Of a DNA stretch of 64,000 bases, positions 37,616 through 51,101 are shown piece after piece. Origin of the DNA: Octopus vulgaris (taxonomy: Eukaryota); the NCBI GenBank assembly GCA_951406725.2, contig OX597817.1, positions 140,678,001 through 140,742,000 of the forward strand. The letters run 5' to 3'. Under the pieces are notes generated by a model. The model made no database searches and was not told the DNA's origin. It worked only from the letters and a program-made list of their open reading frames with translations. Numbering within the stretch: position 1 is the stretch's first letter; each line of letters starts with the position of its first letter. The position numbers were made by a program, and so were the translations under genes.

Positions 37616-39144
37616 GTGCAAAATATTTATAATTATTATATTAACACATAACAGGCTAACTGTAATAATTCGTCTCAGCGAAACCTCTCAATCGGGTTTC
37701 TGTGCAAAAACAGAGAAACTTAGATCTCGGTGTTGGTGGTGTATGTAAATGGAAATGAGTCGGCTGGGCGCGGCTAATTGGACGCTGACGAAATGTCCCG
37801 GGTGACTGAACATTCAATTTATTTTGGCCACAAGACGTTTTGACATTGAAGGCAAATAAACACATGAGCACGCGCAGAAATGTACACATACAGATAGAAA
37901 GAATAAGAGACAGAGAGTGAACATGACTGGCTACAAATATAACTACACGATTTGGGGGAATTATACATATTCACTTTCCACACTCACATAATTATCACAA
38001 GATCTTCAATAGACTCACGGTTAAAGTTAGTTATAGTTATCTCCATAACATAGGATCGATGATCTTCAATCACAATAAGAATTAATATCATTAAATCTTG
38101 TAATTGTAGATCTCACGATAACATTCCTCTGAACAGTATGTGTCCAGAAAAAGAAAGGGTAACAATGCTAACACCACTGTCATGCCCAGGACCATAATCA
38201 CTCACATTGGGGTGAGAGGAAGTATTTTCAAGAATGATACACGCAACACTTCGGTTATAGATAAGAACAAAAGATAGGCCACATTTTTATCCAATATGGT
38301 ACGGAAATTTAAAGGCTGAGCCGTGGGGAACCCCCCTAAAACATGGAGCCCTATATTTGTTGACTTTAGTCAACAAATATAAGGGATGAGGCAGCCGATG
38401 CAACATCTGTATCACAGAGAAATTTAGATTCATAATATCGACAATGAACATTTTGAACATTAGGGAAAAATCTTTCTCCTATTGCATGCACTAACAATAA
38501 TTTAAACTGCGAACCCCTCATCTACCTTCCAACCTTTCCAACCAGGATTATGCATAACTTACACATTCTCCCAGGAACTTATACTGGGATTCTAAACTGC
38601 ACAGATATGTGCAGTATAAACATAACACATTTTGAAAACATCACAGGATTTACCAAGAATGCTTTTATGAACTTATAACTTCATCGATTAATTTACCCTA
38701 AAAAGAACTGTGGAAACTCCGTAAAGAAGAAGATACACATGTACATATGTCCACAAACACATGCTGGATACACAGTATAAATTCATATACATTTATAAAT
38801 ATGGGTATGCGTTAATGTTCACGCATAATGTAAATAGTATATGTCGAATGCAAGTTCTTACAAAAATCCAGGACCTGTGAAAAGGAAAAACGATTAAGAA
38901 ATGCCTAAAAAGTTGCTTCCCTTCATATTCGCATTAGGGTTAAAGTTCTGCATAGTGTCATGTAACCCCGTGTATTTTCATCTAAAACGGAAACAAATAC
39001 CACCAATTTAAAAGCATCTCTTGAAAACGGTGCAACTCTTTTTCACGTGAAACTATTGTAGCATTGTTAATCCACAAATAGAGAATATTTATCCGGCAAA
39101 TGTGGTATTGAATATTCATCCCCACTGTTCGATACTATTCTATA

Positions 39145-39192
<48 letters not shown>

Positions 39193-39304
39193 ATGCGCAC
39201 ATCAGTCACACATAGTCATTAATGTTCATGGTTAATGTAACATACATACATGCCTACATACATAGATATACATATACATACACACACACACACATATATA
39301 TATA

Positions 39305-39385
39305 ATATTCTAGAAACAGCTGTAAGACCTATCTATAAATGTTCTAATATCTATACAGCCTTGGTTTTTTTTATCTCATTACGCA
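39305..39385 (+). mobile_element. Penelope-like terminal fragment with the 3' half of an HHR
   Basis: GAAAC-AGCT-GTA-AGAC; tail (ataaatg..cta..cagccttggtttt..tctcat) matches 55460-55530 on the minus strand. Confidence 0.6.
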
Positions 39386-39531
39386 AAAATTCATATATAT
39401 ACACACTGACATAGAACCAACGTTGAACCCTTTATTCGCAATATTACCGAATCTGGAACTTAACTAAGGTCTGTCTATAGCACTTATTCAGCATTACCTG
39501 ATACCTTTGGGTCTCAATGACACCATTATCT

Positions 39532-39597
<66 letters not shown>

Positions 39598-39649
39598 CAT
39601 CTTCCAAACCATACATTCAAACCTACCAATAGCCTTACAGAGCCCCAAA

Positions 39650-40168
39650 ATGAAAAACATATTAAACAAATATAGCATAAAAAACAGTAGACGACAGGAC
39701 AAAAACCTAAAAAAACACCTAACAAGAGCGAAATTCTCTTCAGAAACTAAAACGGAATTCTTTGCAAAAGAGTGCGGAGATGGTAGATGTGGGACCTGCA
39801 GCAACCCCACCTACAAATACATAGAGAGCAACAGAGAGATAAGATTTAAAAATGGTGTCATATTCAAAGTAAATGCAGATATGAACTGCAAGACGCAGAA
39901 CGTCATATACTGCATAACCTGCCCCACATGCAAGGAGAATTACGTAGGAGAAACTGGTAATTCTTTGTGCCAGCGAGCCAGGATCCACCGACAACATATT
40001 CGGCAGGAAGAACTACGCAAAATACCACTAAGCACACACCTAGCTACATGTGGAGAAGGAAAATTTAAGATATTTCCCTTCTACAAGTGTCCGAAGAATG
40101 ACACCCCCTTCAGGAGGAATATGGAAAAACATTTCATAGCTAAGTTCTCCCCCAAATTAAATGGCTGA
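39650..40168 (+). CDS. PLE C-terminal region: Cys linker plus GIY-YIG endonuclease (remnant; RT missing)
   Basis: RQDKNL, CxxxxCxxC, NVIYCITCPTC..YVGETG, R..HR, E..FI....P.LN; open frame with no stops. Confidence 0.85.
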   Translation: MKNILNKYSIKNSRRQDKNLKKHLTRAKFSSETKTEFFAKECGDGRCGTCSNPTYKYIESNREIRFKNGVIFKVNADMNCKTQNVIYCITCPTCKENYVGETGNSLCQRARIHRQHIRQEELRKIPLSTHLATCGEGKFKIFPFYKCPKNDTPFRRNMEKHFIAKFSPKLNG

Positions 40169-40691
40169 AACTTTACTCAACATACATTGAAGGAAAAATC
40201 TGTGTGTGTGTAGATGTGTGTATTGCCTGTTATATACATCATATTATATTATTATCTTTATAATTCACTTCCATCTTTACCCTTTAATTGTCACTTTAAT
40301 TTTAACTTTCCTATGACATACAACTTTCAAGATGGTATAATTTGGTTGTTCATTTTGAACCGATAAAAAGGTTTTTTCAAATATTTTATGTATAAGTCTG
40401 TGTGTGTGTATATATATGTGTTGGTATAAATATCAACACACAAAAATATTTTTTCTTCTCCACTTCCTCCCTTATTTTTATTTTTATTTTTATTTTTATT
40501 TTTATTTTTTTATTTTTTATTCTTTATATTTTTATTTATTCTTTATATTTTTTTATTTTATTTTTTATTTTTTGTTTTTATTTTATTTTATTTTTTTTTT
40601 TTTTTAATTTTTTATTTTTATTATTATTATTTTTATTTTCCCTTTTCTCTTTTTGTCTCTCTCCCCTTCTCCAAACACACAGACACACACA

Positions 40692-40734
<43 letters not shown>

Positions 40735-40938
40735 CACACACAGACACACAGAGACACACACACACACACACCTCCACAGAATGATCATAGAAAGTGTGAC
40801 CCCAAATGACATTTGCCAGGCCAACCTATGCACAACACACACTCAGTGACATTGAAATGGACAGCCAAAGTTCTTATAAAACCACAGGGGGTCCAGCAGA
40901 CCAACGGAAATAACACTTCTTCACTCTCAGATATAAAT

Positions 40939-41024
<86 letters not shown>

Positions 41025-41099
41025 TTTCTCTCTGTCTCACTTCCTCCTCACCCACTACTACGAAACTATAAAAAGGTTCAAACTACCCACAACTGATTT

Positions 41100-41137
41100 G
41101 ATTTGAAAACCCACTAGAATGGGAGCAAGCGCTAATC
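41100..41137 (+). ncRNA. Variant minimal HHR (U3-A8; GCAA in place of GAAA)
   Basis: GAU-UUGAAAA-CCCA-CUAGAA-UGGG-A-GCAA-GCGC-UA-AUC; palindromic AGCGCU. Confidence 0.55.
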
Positions 41138-41328
41138 CGAATGATATGATATATATGTAAAAAATGTAATATATAAATAAATATCTACAAATATGAACCA
41201 TCTGATCTGATTACCTCAATTTTTCTAATATATACATACATATACATACATATATACATATACATGCACATATACATACGTACATACATACATACATACA
41301 TACATACATACATACATACATACATACA

Positions 41329-41361
<33 letters not shown>

Positions 41362-41375
41362 GTATATTTGTATGT

Positions 41376-41675
41376 AAAGAGTAAAGGCAACCTTCGGTCA
41401 TGAATGACCATGGGATCGCAAGTAGAAAGTTCCCTTCCGAGACAAAAGTCCGGGCAAAGTTGTTTACGGAAGACTACCAGTTGCCCACGTATTCCACCCT
41501 TCTCTCTCCACGCCACTTTACCCAAGGGAAAGGCAAAGGGGCCGATACAGCTTGACACCAGTGACGTCGCAATTCATTTCTACAGCTACAGCTAAGTGAC
41601 TTGCTCAAGAACTCAGCCCCGGTCCTGGAATCGATCTCAGTACTTCATGATTGTGACTGAGCCACGCGTCTTCAC
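41376..41675 (-). mobile_element. tRNA/CORE-like SINE (family E)
   Basis: GCGTGGCTCAGT..GATCGATTCC head, TTCTTGAGCAAGTCACTT, distinct tail ending CTTTACTCTTTA. Confidence 0.65.
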
Positions 41676-41766
41676 ATACTTAGATGTATAAATATATATT
41701 AAATATATGTATACATATATATATTTGTATATATATATATATATATACATATATATGTTTGTATAA

Positions 41767-41828
<62 letters not shown>

Positions 41829-42050
41829 ACACGCATACATTTGGGTGTTTATGTGTGCCTGTATAATTCCAGTTACCAAATTCAATTATAATTATTTTTC
41901 TGTACTGTTAATTATAATTACATACAAAGAATGATCGACATTTATGTAAAATTTAATAAAATGTTACAATTCAAAAAGCAAAAATTCTTTCATTATAATA
42001 ATTGTATTGCACGAACGCGAGCGCTCACGCACATACATCATGCACACATG

Positions 42051-42099
<49 letters not shown>

Positions 42100-42124
42100 C
42101 ATATATATATATATATATATATTG

Positions 42125-42318
42125 ATAGATATGGTAAGGCAACAATCAAATGAAAGAGACCTCTATATTATGTAAATAGATGAATTTATCTGTAAATATA
42201 ATATGTGACAATTATTCGGTAGCCATGACAAACCTCCGAGTTTCGGATGTCGGGGCGGAAACCCACGCCGCTATCTCTTCAGTTATCCGGCTACCGAATA
42301 ATTGTCACATATATTTAC
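42125..42318 (-). mobile_element. Penelope-like fragment: HHR-like motif (42227-42287) enclosed by a ~31-bp inverted repeat
   Basis: GAUAA-CUGAAGA-GAU...AUC-C-GAAA-CUCGGAG-GU-UUGUC; arms ~42191-42224 and 42289-42319. Confidence 0.6.
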
Positions 42319-42324
42319 ATACAC

Positions 42325-42355
<31 letters not shown>

Positions 42356-42433
42356 TGTATGTATGTATCTATGTATCTACGTATGTATGTATGCATGTAT
42401 GTATGTATGTATGTACGTATATACATAACGCAC

Positions 42434-42480
<47 letters not shown>

Positions 42481-42713
42481 CATACAGAGATTTCATTGTA
42501 TAAGAGATTCCTTAATTCATCAATTGTTATATATAAGATATGTGAGTACAGATGTACATATAAATGTGTTTCTGTGTATGCATGTATATAGGAATGTGTT
42601 CTTCGTTGAATATGTATGCACATACTTACACACGTATAAACGAATACAAGTGCGTATATACACAAATATACAAACAAAATTATATGTCGTTGCATAAAAT
42701 AGTTGAACATTAA

Positions 42714-42786
<73 letters not shown>

Positions 42787-42823
42787 GCGTGTGCGTGTGT
42801 CTGTGTGTATTTGGGGCTTTTTT

Positions 42824-43255
42824 TCCTATTTTACTGGTTTTAACCAAAAGCTGGGATTATGCTGAAGCATCGCCTTTCAATATGCTTGGATCTTCTTTCT
42901 GCATTGTTTTTGATGAAGAAACGAGTTGGATGGCGCCTCTCTGCTTTGTGCCTGCTGCCTGCGATGTAGGATTATATGGGATTTCAGACAAAATTTTGCC
43001 CAGATGTTTGTTCAAGATCTTCACATCTACGCCTCGCAAATTTCTGAGGTTGTTTGGCAGAATGTTGAACAGTTATAATCACTGAAAACGAAGCTATTCA
43101 AGTACTGGGTCCTTATTCAAAATGGTGAAGACTAGATCCTCGGTATTATGCAATGCCGCCTTGTTCGACGGTTGGTACAGCTTTAAATTCCAAAGTTGAT
43201 AGCTAGACCTGCCAGGATCTTCCATATGTATATCACTGCATATCTTCCACGCCTT
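42824..43255 (-). mobile_element. CR1/L2-group LINE 3' fragment (older relative of the 11384 element)
   Basis: [32 protein letters not shown]; shared 3' tail. Confidence 0.8.
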
Positions 43256-43316
43256 TTGTGTGTGTGTGTGTGTGTGTGTGTCTGTCTGTCTGTCTGTGTG
43301 TGTGTGTGTGTGTGTC

Positions 43317-43355
<39 letters not shown>

Positions 43356-43491
43356 TGTTAGGTATGATGTTCAGAAATTGAATATTGAGAAAAAAGAATT
43401 TTAGAAAAAATCCTTTTATTTCTTTATTATTAGCTCTTTCGTTCCTTTTTTCTCAATAAACACGCATATATATGTGTATATGTAAATATAT

Positions 43492-43580
<89 letters not shown>

Positions 43581-43808
43581 GTTTTTATTGTTATTTTGCA
43601 ATTTACTTAATCATCGGTATATTAATGTTATTTAATTGTTTATATTTCTATTGTATGTAATTTTCTAGATGGTGTAATTTAATTGTTCGTTTTGAATTGA
43701 TAAAAGGTAGTTTTTTTAAAATTTTTTTATATATAATATATTTTGTGAAATTTGATTTAGTATTTCTAAATTGAATTTTTCCCTGTAAGTTAGGAATAAT
43801 ATTCCCTC

Positions 43809-43930
<122 letters not shown>

Positions 43931-44044
43931 ATAACATTGTTTGTTTTTATAGTTATATATGATGCAGTTGAATATCAAATTGAACGTTTGATCGATACTC
44001 TTCAATACAGTCCGTGTATGTATGCATATATATAAATATAAATA

Positions 44045-44850
44045 GGATGCACTGGCCCAGAAGGGACTTCAATTCCTAAGTCCCTGAATCAAAATCAGCG
44101 TGTAACCTGGGCATTGACTTGAGTAATGATGCATCTTTCCAGGTGCATATTACTAATTTGGGAATAGAATGCGGACGGCTAGCTGGATGGATTCTCCGAA
44201 CTATCAGAACGAGAGAAAAGGAAACTATGGTGGTGTTTTGGAGGACATATGTCCTCAGCTGCTTGGACTATTGCTCCCAACTATGTTCATGACATAGTAT
44301 AAAATTAACGGCGGAACTTGAAGTAATCCAATGAAGTTACACAAAGAAAATCGTCTCAACGCCACGTATCAGCTACTGGCAGAGGCTGAAAGAGTTAAGA
44401 CTCTTCTCCTTAGAACGAAGTGGTATGCAACTGGAAAATCCTGGAAAGACTTGTACCAAACTTTGGTATTGAAAGTTACACAGACAGCAGAACGTGGCCC
44501 ACTGCATTGTACCAAACAGCCCACCATAACCTTCACAATACAGCACAAAGTACTGCAACATCTTGGATTTCAAGGGCCGACAGATCTTCAATATCCTTCT
44601 ACCAAAATGCCTGAGAGACCTGCAGGGTGTCGATGTAGGAGCCTTGAAAACAAAACCGAATCTCCTCCTGTTAAGGGTTCCAGATGAGCCTATACCACAG
44701 CAGGAAGCGCAGATGAGGACAGCAGCATCAAACTCCCTCATTCACCACATGCCACATATCAGAGGAGGTTTCAAATAAGGAAGGTGTAACACAGCCAACG
44801 GTGTTGCCCCGGCATGACCGCAGCTTTAAAGATGAAACACGTTAAAGAGT
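44045..44850 (+). mobile_element. CR1/L2-group LINE 3' fragment
   Basis: [39 protein letters not shown]; homologous to 11400-12200. Confidence 0.85.
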
Positions 44851-44869
44851 TTCACATACACACACACAA

Positions 44870-44909
<40 letters not shown>

Positions 44910-45082
44910 TAGAAGGTTTGGAGATGATGCACAGGTATTATATAATAGAAGAAATAAGGTAGTCAGAAATCTAGATGGTTTTATATTTACAGATATTTAT
45001 TAATATGTCACATGTTTTTATAAATCATATAATAGCGCTTGCGTCCACTCTCGTGGAGTCTTCAGTCTTCTGAAGACTCCAC
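44910..45082 (-). mobile_element. Penelope-like terminal fragment, HHR variant at 45033-45065 and a 13-bp foldback
   Basis: CUGAAGA-C-UCCAC-GAGA-GUGGA-C-GCAA-GCGC-UA; inverted repeat 45053-45065/45070-45082; tail matches 41175-41230. Confidence 0.65.
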
Positions 45083-45101
45083 TATATATATATATATATA
45101 T

Positions 45102-47703
45102 CCCTCTTTTCTGCTTTCTGGTTTTGGTTGATGGATCCTCGGTTCCCGTGGAGCGGGTTGTTCGGGGGCCCCGCGCGCGCACGCCTTGGCGCGTGCTGGG
45201 GGTTGGTCGGCCCCATGGGCTTGCGTTGTATTGTTTGTGTGTTGTGTGTGTGAGCGTGCTTCGTGTGTGTGGGCGTGCTTCGGGTGTGTGCATGCGTATG
45301 TATACATACATACCCACACACACGCATGCATCCCTACCCACATACATACACGCACACCTACTCACACACACACTTACACACACACATACACACACACACA
45401 CACACACATACCCGCACACACACACATACCTACTTCAGACATACACACACACAGACAGACACCCATACACTCACACTCACACGCATACACACACACACAC
45501 ATACACACGCACACGCACACATACACACACACCTACATACATACAATACACTTGTACGTACACACACTTACATTCATACACACACACACCTACACAGCCA
45601 TACCTTCACTCATACATACACACATACCTACACACACACACAAACACTCACAGACACACACCCATACATACATACACCTATACACACACGCCTACACACA
45701 TACATACACACATACATAAACACACACATACACATACACATACATACGCACACACACATATACTTACACACATGCACACGCACATACATACATACATACA
45801 CCCATACACATACGCACACACATACTTACATACTCCTATACGCACATACATACACACAGACATACACACATACACACTCACACACATACATACACACACA
45901 CATGCATGACAAACACCCATACACTCACACTCACATACACACACACACCAACATATACACGCACACGCACACATACACGCACACACACCTACACTCCCAC
46001 ACACATACATACGCACCTACATACACACACACACGCATACACACGCATATTACATACGTACACACACACCTACATACACATGCATACACACACACACACA
46101 AACATACACGGACACACCCATACATACATACATACATACATACACCTATACACACACGCCTACACACCTACATACACACACATGCATACACACACACACA
46201 TGTACGCACATACACACACATATACGCACATACATATATACCTACACACATGCACACACACACACACATACGCACGTGCATACGCATACATGCATACGCA
46301 TACATGCATACGCATACATGCATACATGCATACACACACACACACGCACGTACACATACATACACACACACACACATACATACACCCATACACATACATG
46401 CATCCTACACACACAGACATACACACTCACACATACATACACACACACACACTCACTCACACACCTGCATGTACGCGCACACACATGCACATACACACAC
46501 TTCCACACACACACACGTACATACATACACACTCATACACATACACACACACACACACACACGGACATACATCTATATACACACATATACACACACATAC
46601 TTACATACCTTCATCGGACACACTGACACCCAGACTTACACACAGACACACTCACACATCCACACACATACATACTTACACACACACTCGCAGGCGCGCG
46701 CACAAACACGCTTGTGCACGTTCGAGCACGCATACACGCATGCATGCACCACGCTCGTGGTTGACCGACTAGATCTCCTGTACGTATCTGGGGCCGGCGC
46801 GTGTCTTTGGGTTCTCCCACGCCTGTCGCCGCGGGACCACTCTTCCATCTTCCCCTTTCCCCCCCTCTCCGCTGCAGTTTTTTCCTTAAACCCCCCTCTT
46901 TGTACACACACGCACACACATACACACACCCACTCACACACACATTTGCATATATATATACATTACACTTACACACACTTCAAATTTACTTGCCATACAC
47001 ACAACTACGCACACTAGACACACACACACTACCACTCAACACACACACTGGCACGTTACATACGCCCCCACCCTTTCCCTCCTTCCCTTCTTCCCTCCTT
47101 CCTCCCTTTTTTTACCACTGACCACTCACTCGAGACTTGCTATGTCACCCGTTCGCCCTGCACGCACTAACATATACATATTTTTTGTTTTTTTATCTCG
47201 CCTCACACACACATACACACACGCACACGCACACACTCACACATACATACACACGCACACACACATACCTCCCTGTTTCTGATCTGCCTTTCTGACTTGC
47301 TAGGGTACCCCCACACCACTCCTTTAATTCTACTACTGCCTGCTACTAGCCACTGTCCACCATACACACACATACACACACACGCACACACTCACACACA
47401 CACCCTCGTCTTCTCGCACACCTTTTTTACCATTCCCTCTTTGATTCAACTCTCCTGTTTTTAAAAAACATTTTCCTCCTTTTTTACCACTTCCGTCTTT
47501 TTAGTATGTGACCTCGTGAAGACTACCTGCAATTTTTTTCCTCTGTCCTCCCGTCTCGGGATCTTTCTTTCTCCTATGTTTCCGACGAAGAGCTCCGCTC
47601 GAAACGTCATACCCTCCTTCTTCCATTTTCCTGAGCGCCTAATAATAATAATACTGTAATTGTTCCACGTGTTGTTGTTTTTTCTGTTTTCCCGTTTGGA
47701 TTA

Positions 47704-47710
<7 letters not shown>
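45102..47710 (+). mobile_element. Probable PLE-2 element: GC-rich start, ~2 kb degenerate CA-rich tract, HHR at 47578-47612
   Basis: Bounded by (TA)n at both ends; GUUU-CCGACGA-A-GAGC-UCC-GCUC-GAAAC-GUC; tail homologous to 28155-28374. A single origin for the whole span is inferred. Confidence 0.55.
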
Positions 47711-47744
<34 letters not shown>

Positions 47745-48349
47745 CCAATAAGTTTATTGACATAAACATATTCATATACATGGATATATATGTATATGTG
47801 TATGCACATACACACGCACGCACACACACATACACACGCACTAACACACAGAGCCATTATAAAATCATTATGCTATATTTCTTTTGTTTAAGTTTAGTTT
47901 TACACACAGAAGTATTAATCTGTAAAAATCATGAGTGAAATGATTTATTACTTTTTAAATGGATATATTTATGCGATTGTTAATTTTCATTTCCTCTGCC
48001 GACTGTGAAGCGATTCTCGGCATCTTCGTCCTGTTTTTGCAGTAGCTGGTTTTCAGCTCTCTGTTAAAGACCGTTAGATAGTTCATATCATCGCGAGAAC
48101 AGGGTTCAATTGCATAAACAGTAGTCTTTAGGTGGCCTCCTAAAATACAGTTGAATTTATTATTAAGCGTGTCATGCAAATTACTCAGCGGTATTCCTTC
48201 CAGCGCTTTACATTCTCGTCACCAAATCGATTCTGTCTTTCATCCTTTCTGGGTTGATAGAATAAGGATAGTCAAGTACTGCAGCCGATGTAACCGACTA
48301 GCCTCCGCCCGCTAAAATTGCTAGGGTTGTGACTAATTTATGAATGAAA

Positions 48350-49260
48350 TCCTTTTTCATTTTAATCTATTTCATGGTATATTAGTTAGGAAGAGTTTTG
48401 TCTTGAGGTTTGGTGACAGCAAATCTCAAATCTCAAGAATCTTCCTGAGGTTTCTTACAGAACACACGATTATACATCCCTACAGGTCGACAAAGGGAGT
48501 CTTAATTCCAAACTTTTACACTCTCTTAAGTAGCATTTGGGGTGTTGTTGTGCCAAGAGTACCAATTACCCCCAGGAATTATTCTCATCAAAGTCACTCA
48601 CAAGCCATTCATGTCTATAGCTAACTCCTTATATTTCTCATTTTTTTTCTTCAATTTCTCTGGTATCCTGAGAAATTGAAATAAATTCTCTGTGTATTTT
48701 TGCTATGAGTTGCTTTATTTCGGTTTTGGTCACTTTGCCTTCTCGCGGGATATATCACCGGACGTTTGCAAGAGTATATCCTTGATATTTTTCATGTTTC
48801 TTTTATTATTCTTGTGTTTCGAGTATAGTATTGCAGTGTGAAATGCATACAGTACTTCAGTGTAGTCATATGTCCATCGTTCTTCTGGTTATGGTTTTTG
48901 GTTTTGAGAAGTGACATTAAGAGAGGGTTCTGTATATTCAGTGTTAACATTTTGATAGAACACCGTATCTATTTCTTTACTATGCACAAGGGGATTAACA
49001 CAGAGGAGACAAACAAGGACAGACAAACGGATTAAGTCGATTATATCAACCCCAGTGCGTAACTGGTGCTTATTTAATCGACCCCGAAAGGATGAAAGGC
49101 AAAGTCGACCTCGGCGGAATTTGAACTCAGAACTTAACGGCAGACGAAATACTGCTAAGCATTTCGCCCGGCGTGCTAACGTTTCTGCCAGCTCGCCGCC
49201 TTAATAGAACACCGTATCTAGAGGTGTGCTAAGGCTTATTTCGTATCGTGATCGCCTGAA
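48350..49260 (-). mobile_element. Old R4/Dong-like LINE 3' remnant interrupted by a SINE
   Basis: EKYKELA...IIP.VIGTLGT on the minus strand; heavily decayed. Confidence 0.5.
48972..49203 (-). mobile_element. SINE family C, full length, 17-bp TSD
   Basis: ATAGAACACCGTATCTA at 48955-48971 and 49204-49220. Confidence 0.92.
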
Positions 49261-49861
49261 ACTCAAAGATCGAAATTCATTTCTATTTCTTTCCATAGTT
49301 TTATTACCAAACACACCTGCTTTTTGCTCTGTTTAAAATGAAACGTGTTGCATTTTTTATTCATTATTATATCTCACTTTTAGGTTGTTTAAACACTTTG
49401 TACTGTGTTGTCTTGTTCGTGTTTGAAGTGCATAAACATTACATTTATGTGTATATGTGTAGAAGTGGGAATACATGTATGATTAATATTTGTACTCACG
49501 GTTTTTTTTATAGGGACATTGCATATTTGCGTCTTGTTTAAATTGTATTAGAATATCTCATCTCCATGTGTTTATTTACATTTTTACGCACGTGACTGGC
49601 TGTGATAACATGCCTGGCAACAACTGTTAGATGTACGAGAGAAATATTTCGGCGTTATGAAAAAGCTTACATTGAAAAACAGTTTTATTTTCGATTTGTG
49701 TGTGTGTGTGTGTGTTTCTTAAATCCTGTTTGGAGATGATCTCAGGTTTAATCCTTCCTCGCAGTCACCTTGCTCACCATATCTATGATGTTTGTTATTC
49801 GATGCGGAACTTGTATACACGTTCATGATGTTTGTTATTCGCTATTATTATTATTATCTTT

Positions 49862-51054
49862 TTATGTTTGACTTTTGCATTATATTTGTACAAGTTGGCT
49901 CCAAGTCTCACCCAGAGACCTCAAGAGACAATAGGTTGGAAGTTCGTGTTGGTGTTAGGCCTAGGGTGCCAAATATTTTGTTTTGTACATAGTGTTTTTC
50001 TAGAGAATGTTTAAGAAACCATAAGAAAATTTTGTTTGTTTTAAAACTTAAGATTACATAGAAAGTATTTTGTGTAGGATATGAGCAGTTGCCATGAGTA
50101 CTATCGTTTGAATTTCTGACATTTTGGGGTTTCCTGGTATCTGAGTTAGGTAGCAATTAGCCCTTTTGCTATCATTCCCAGAGTACCTATGACAACAGGT
50201 ATTGCTTTAGTCTTGAGGTTTCACATTTTGCTAATTTCTATTTCAAGATCTTTATATTTGCTCAGTTTCTGGTAGGTCTTGACAGATACGTTTATATCGA
50301 TTGGGACAGTCATATCAATGAGGAGGCATGATTTTCGTCTGAAGTCTATCAATATGATGTCTGGCCTATTCGCATCTATCCTTCTGTCAGTTTGAATGGT
50401 GAAGTTCCAGAGGAGTGAGATGTGATCATTTTCAAGCACTGGAGGTGGTTTGTGTTCCCACCAGTTTTTATCATGGGGCAAGTCCAGGCTTTTGCAAATT
50501 ACCCAGTGAATATACTGTGCAGCTCTACCATGCCTGTTGAGATACTCTGTAGACGCAAAAAGACTGCACTTGGAGACAACATGATTAATGGTTTCATTTT
50601 GTTGTTAACATACACTACATGTTGGGCTACTGCCGTTCTTTAATACGTCGGCCTGGTAGTTCCTTGTAGGTAGGCATTGATTTTGAGCTGCTATGATAAA
50701 CCCTTCTGTTTTAGATTTTAAACCAGAGGTCATTAGCCATTGATGGGTCATGGCTTTGTCAACATCAGCATTATTCGCTCTCTTTGGGTATTTGCCATTG
50801 AGAGGTTTTTCTTGCCATTTATCAGTCAGAATATCTAAGGCAGCAGTTTTAGCACGGGTTTTCATGCGCTAAGCTTTTTCTGCGCTTGTTTCTCGTATGT
50901 CTAATTCCGAAATTTGTTGTATTTGGAATTCACTTAGATATTCCTTTGCCTGTATTGTTACTGTGTATGATGCTTTCTTTGTTTTCATGTTTTGAGACAA
51001 GTTTTAACATCCAGTCCTCAGAGTTTTTCAGGTAGGTGTCTAGGCCAATTGTGA
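49862..51054 (-). mobile_element. R4/Dong-clade LINE 3' part
   Basis: WQEKPLNGKY, TEGFIIAAQNQ, CSVC, NRPDIIL, LIDMTVP, KYKDLEIE; (AAT)n tail. Confidence 0.9.
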
Positions 51055-51101
51055 CCTAGACACCTACTACTACTACTACTACTACTATTATTATTATTAT
51101 T

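Larger units (their letters stand above)
39596..41230 (+). mobile_element. 5'-truncated Penelope-like (Neptune-type) retroelement
   Basis: GIY-YIG ORF, low-complexity 3' region, HHR variant at 41100-41137, tail shared with 44910-45030; TA tracts at both ends. Continuity across the microsatellites is inferred. Confidence 0.7.

Noticed and set aside
45124-47017. Long ORFs (584, 288 and 261 aa) rich in His/Thr/Tyr
   Set aside because: They are translations of a stop-poor CA tract, open in several frames, with no domain motifs.
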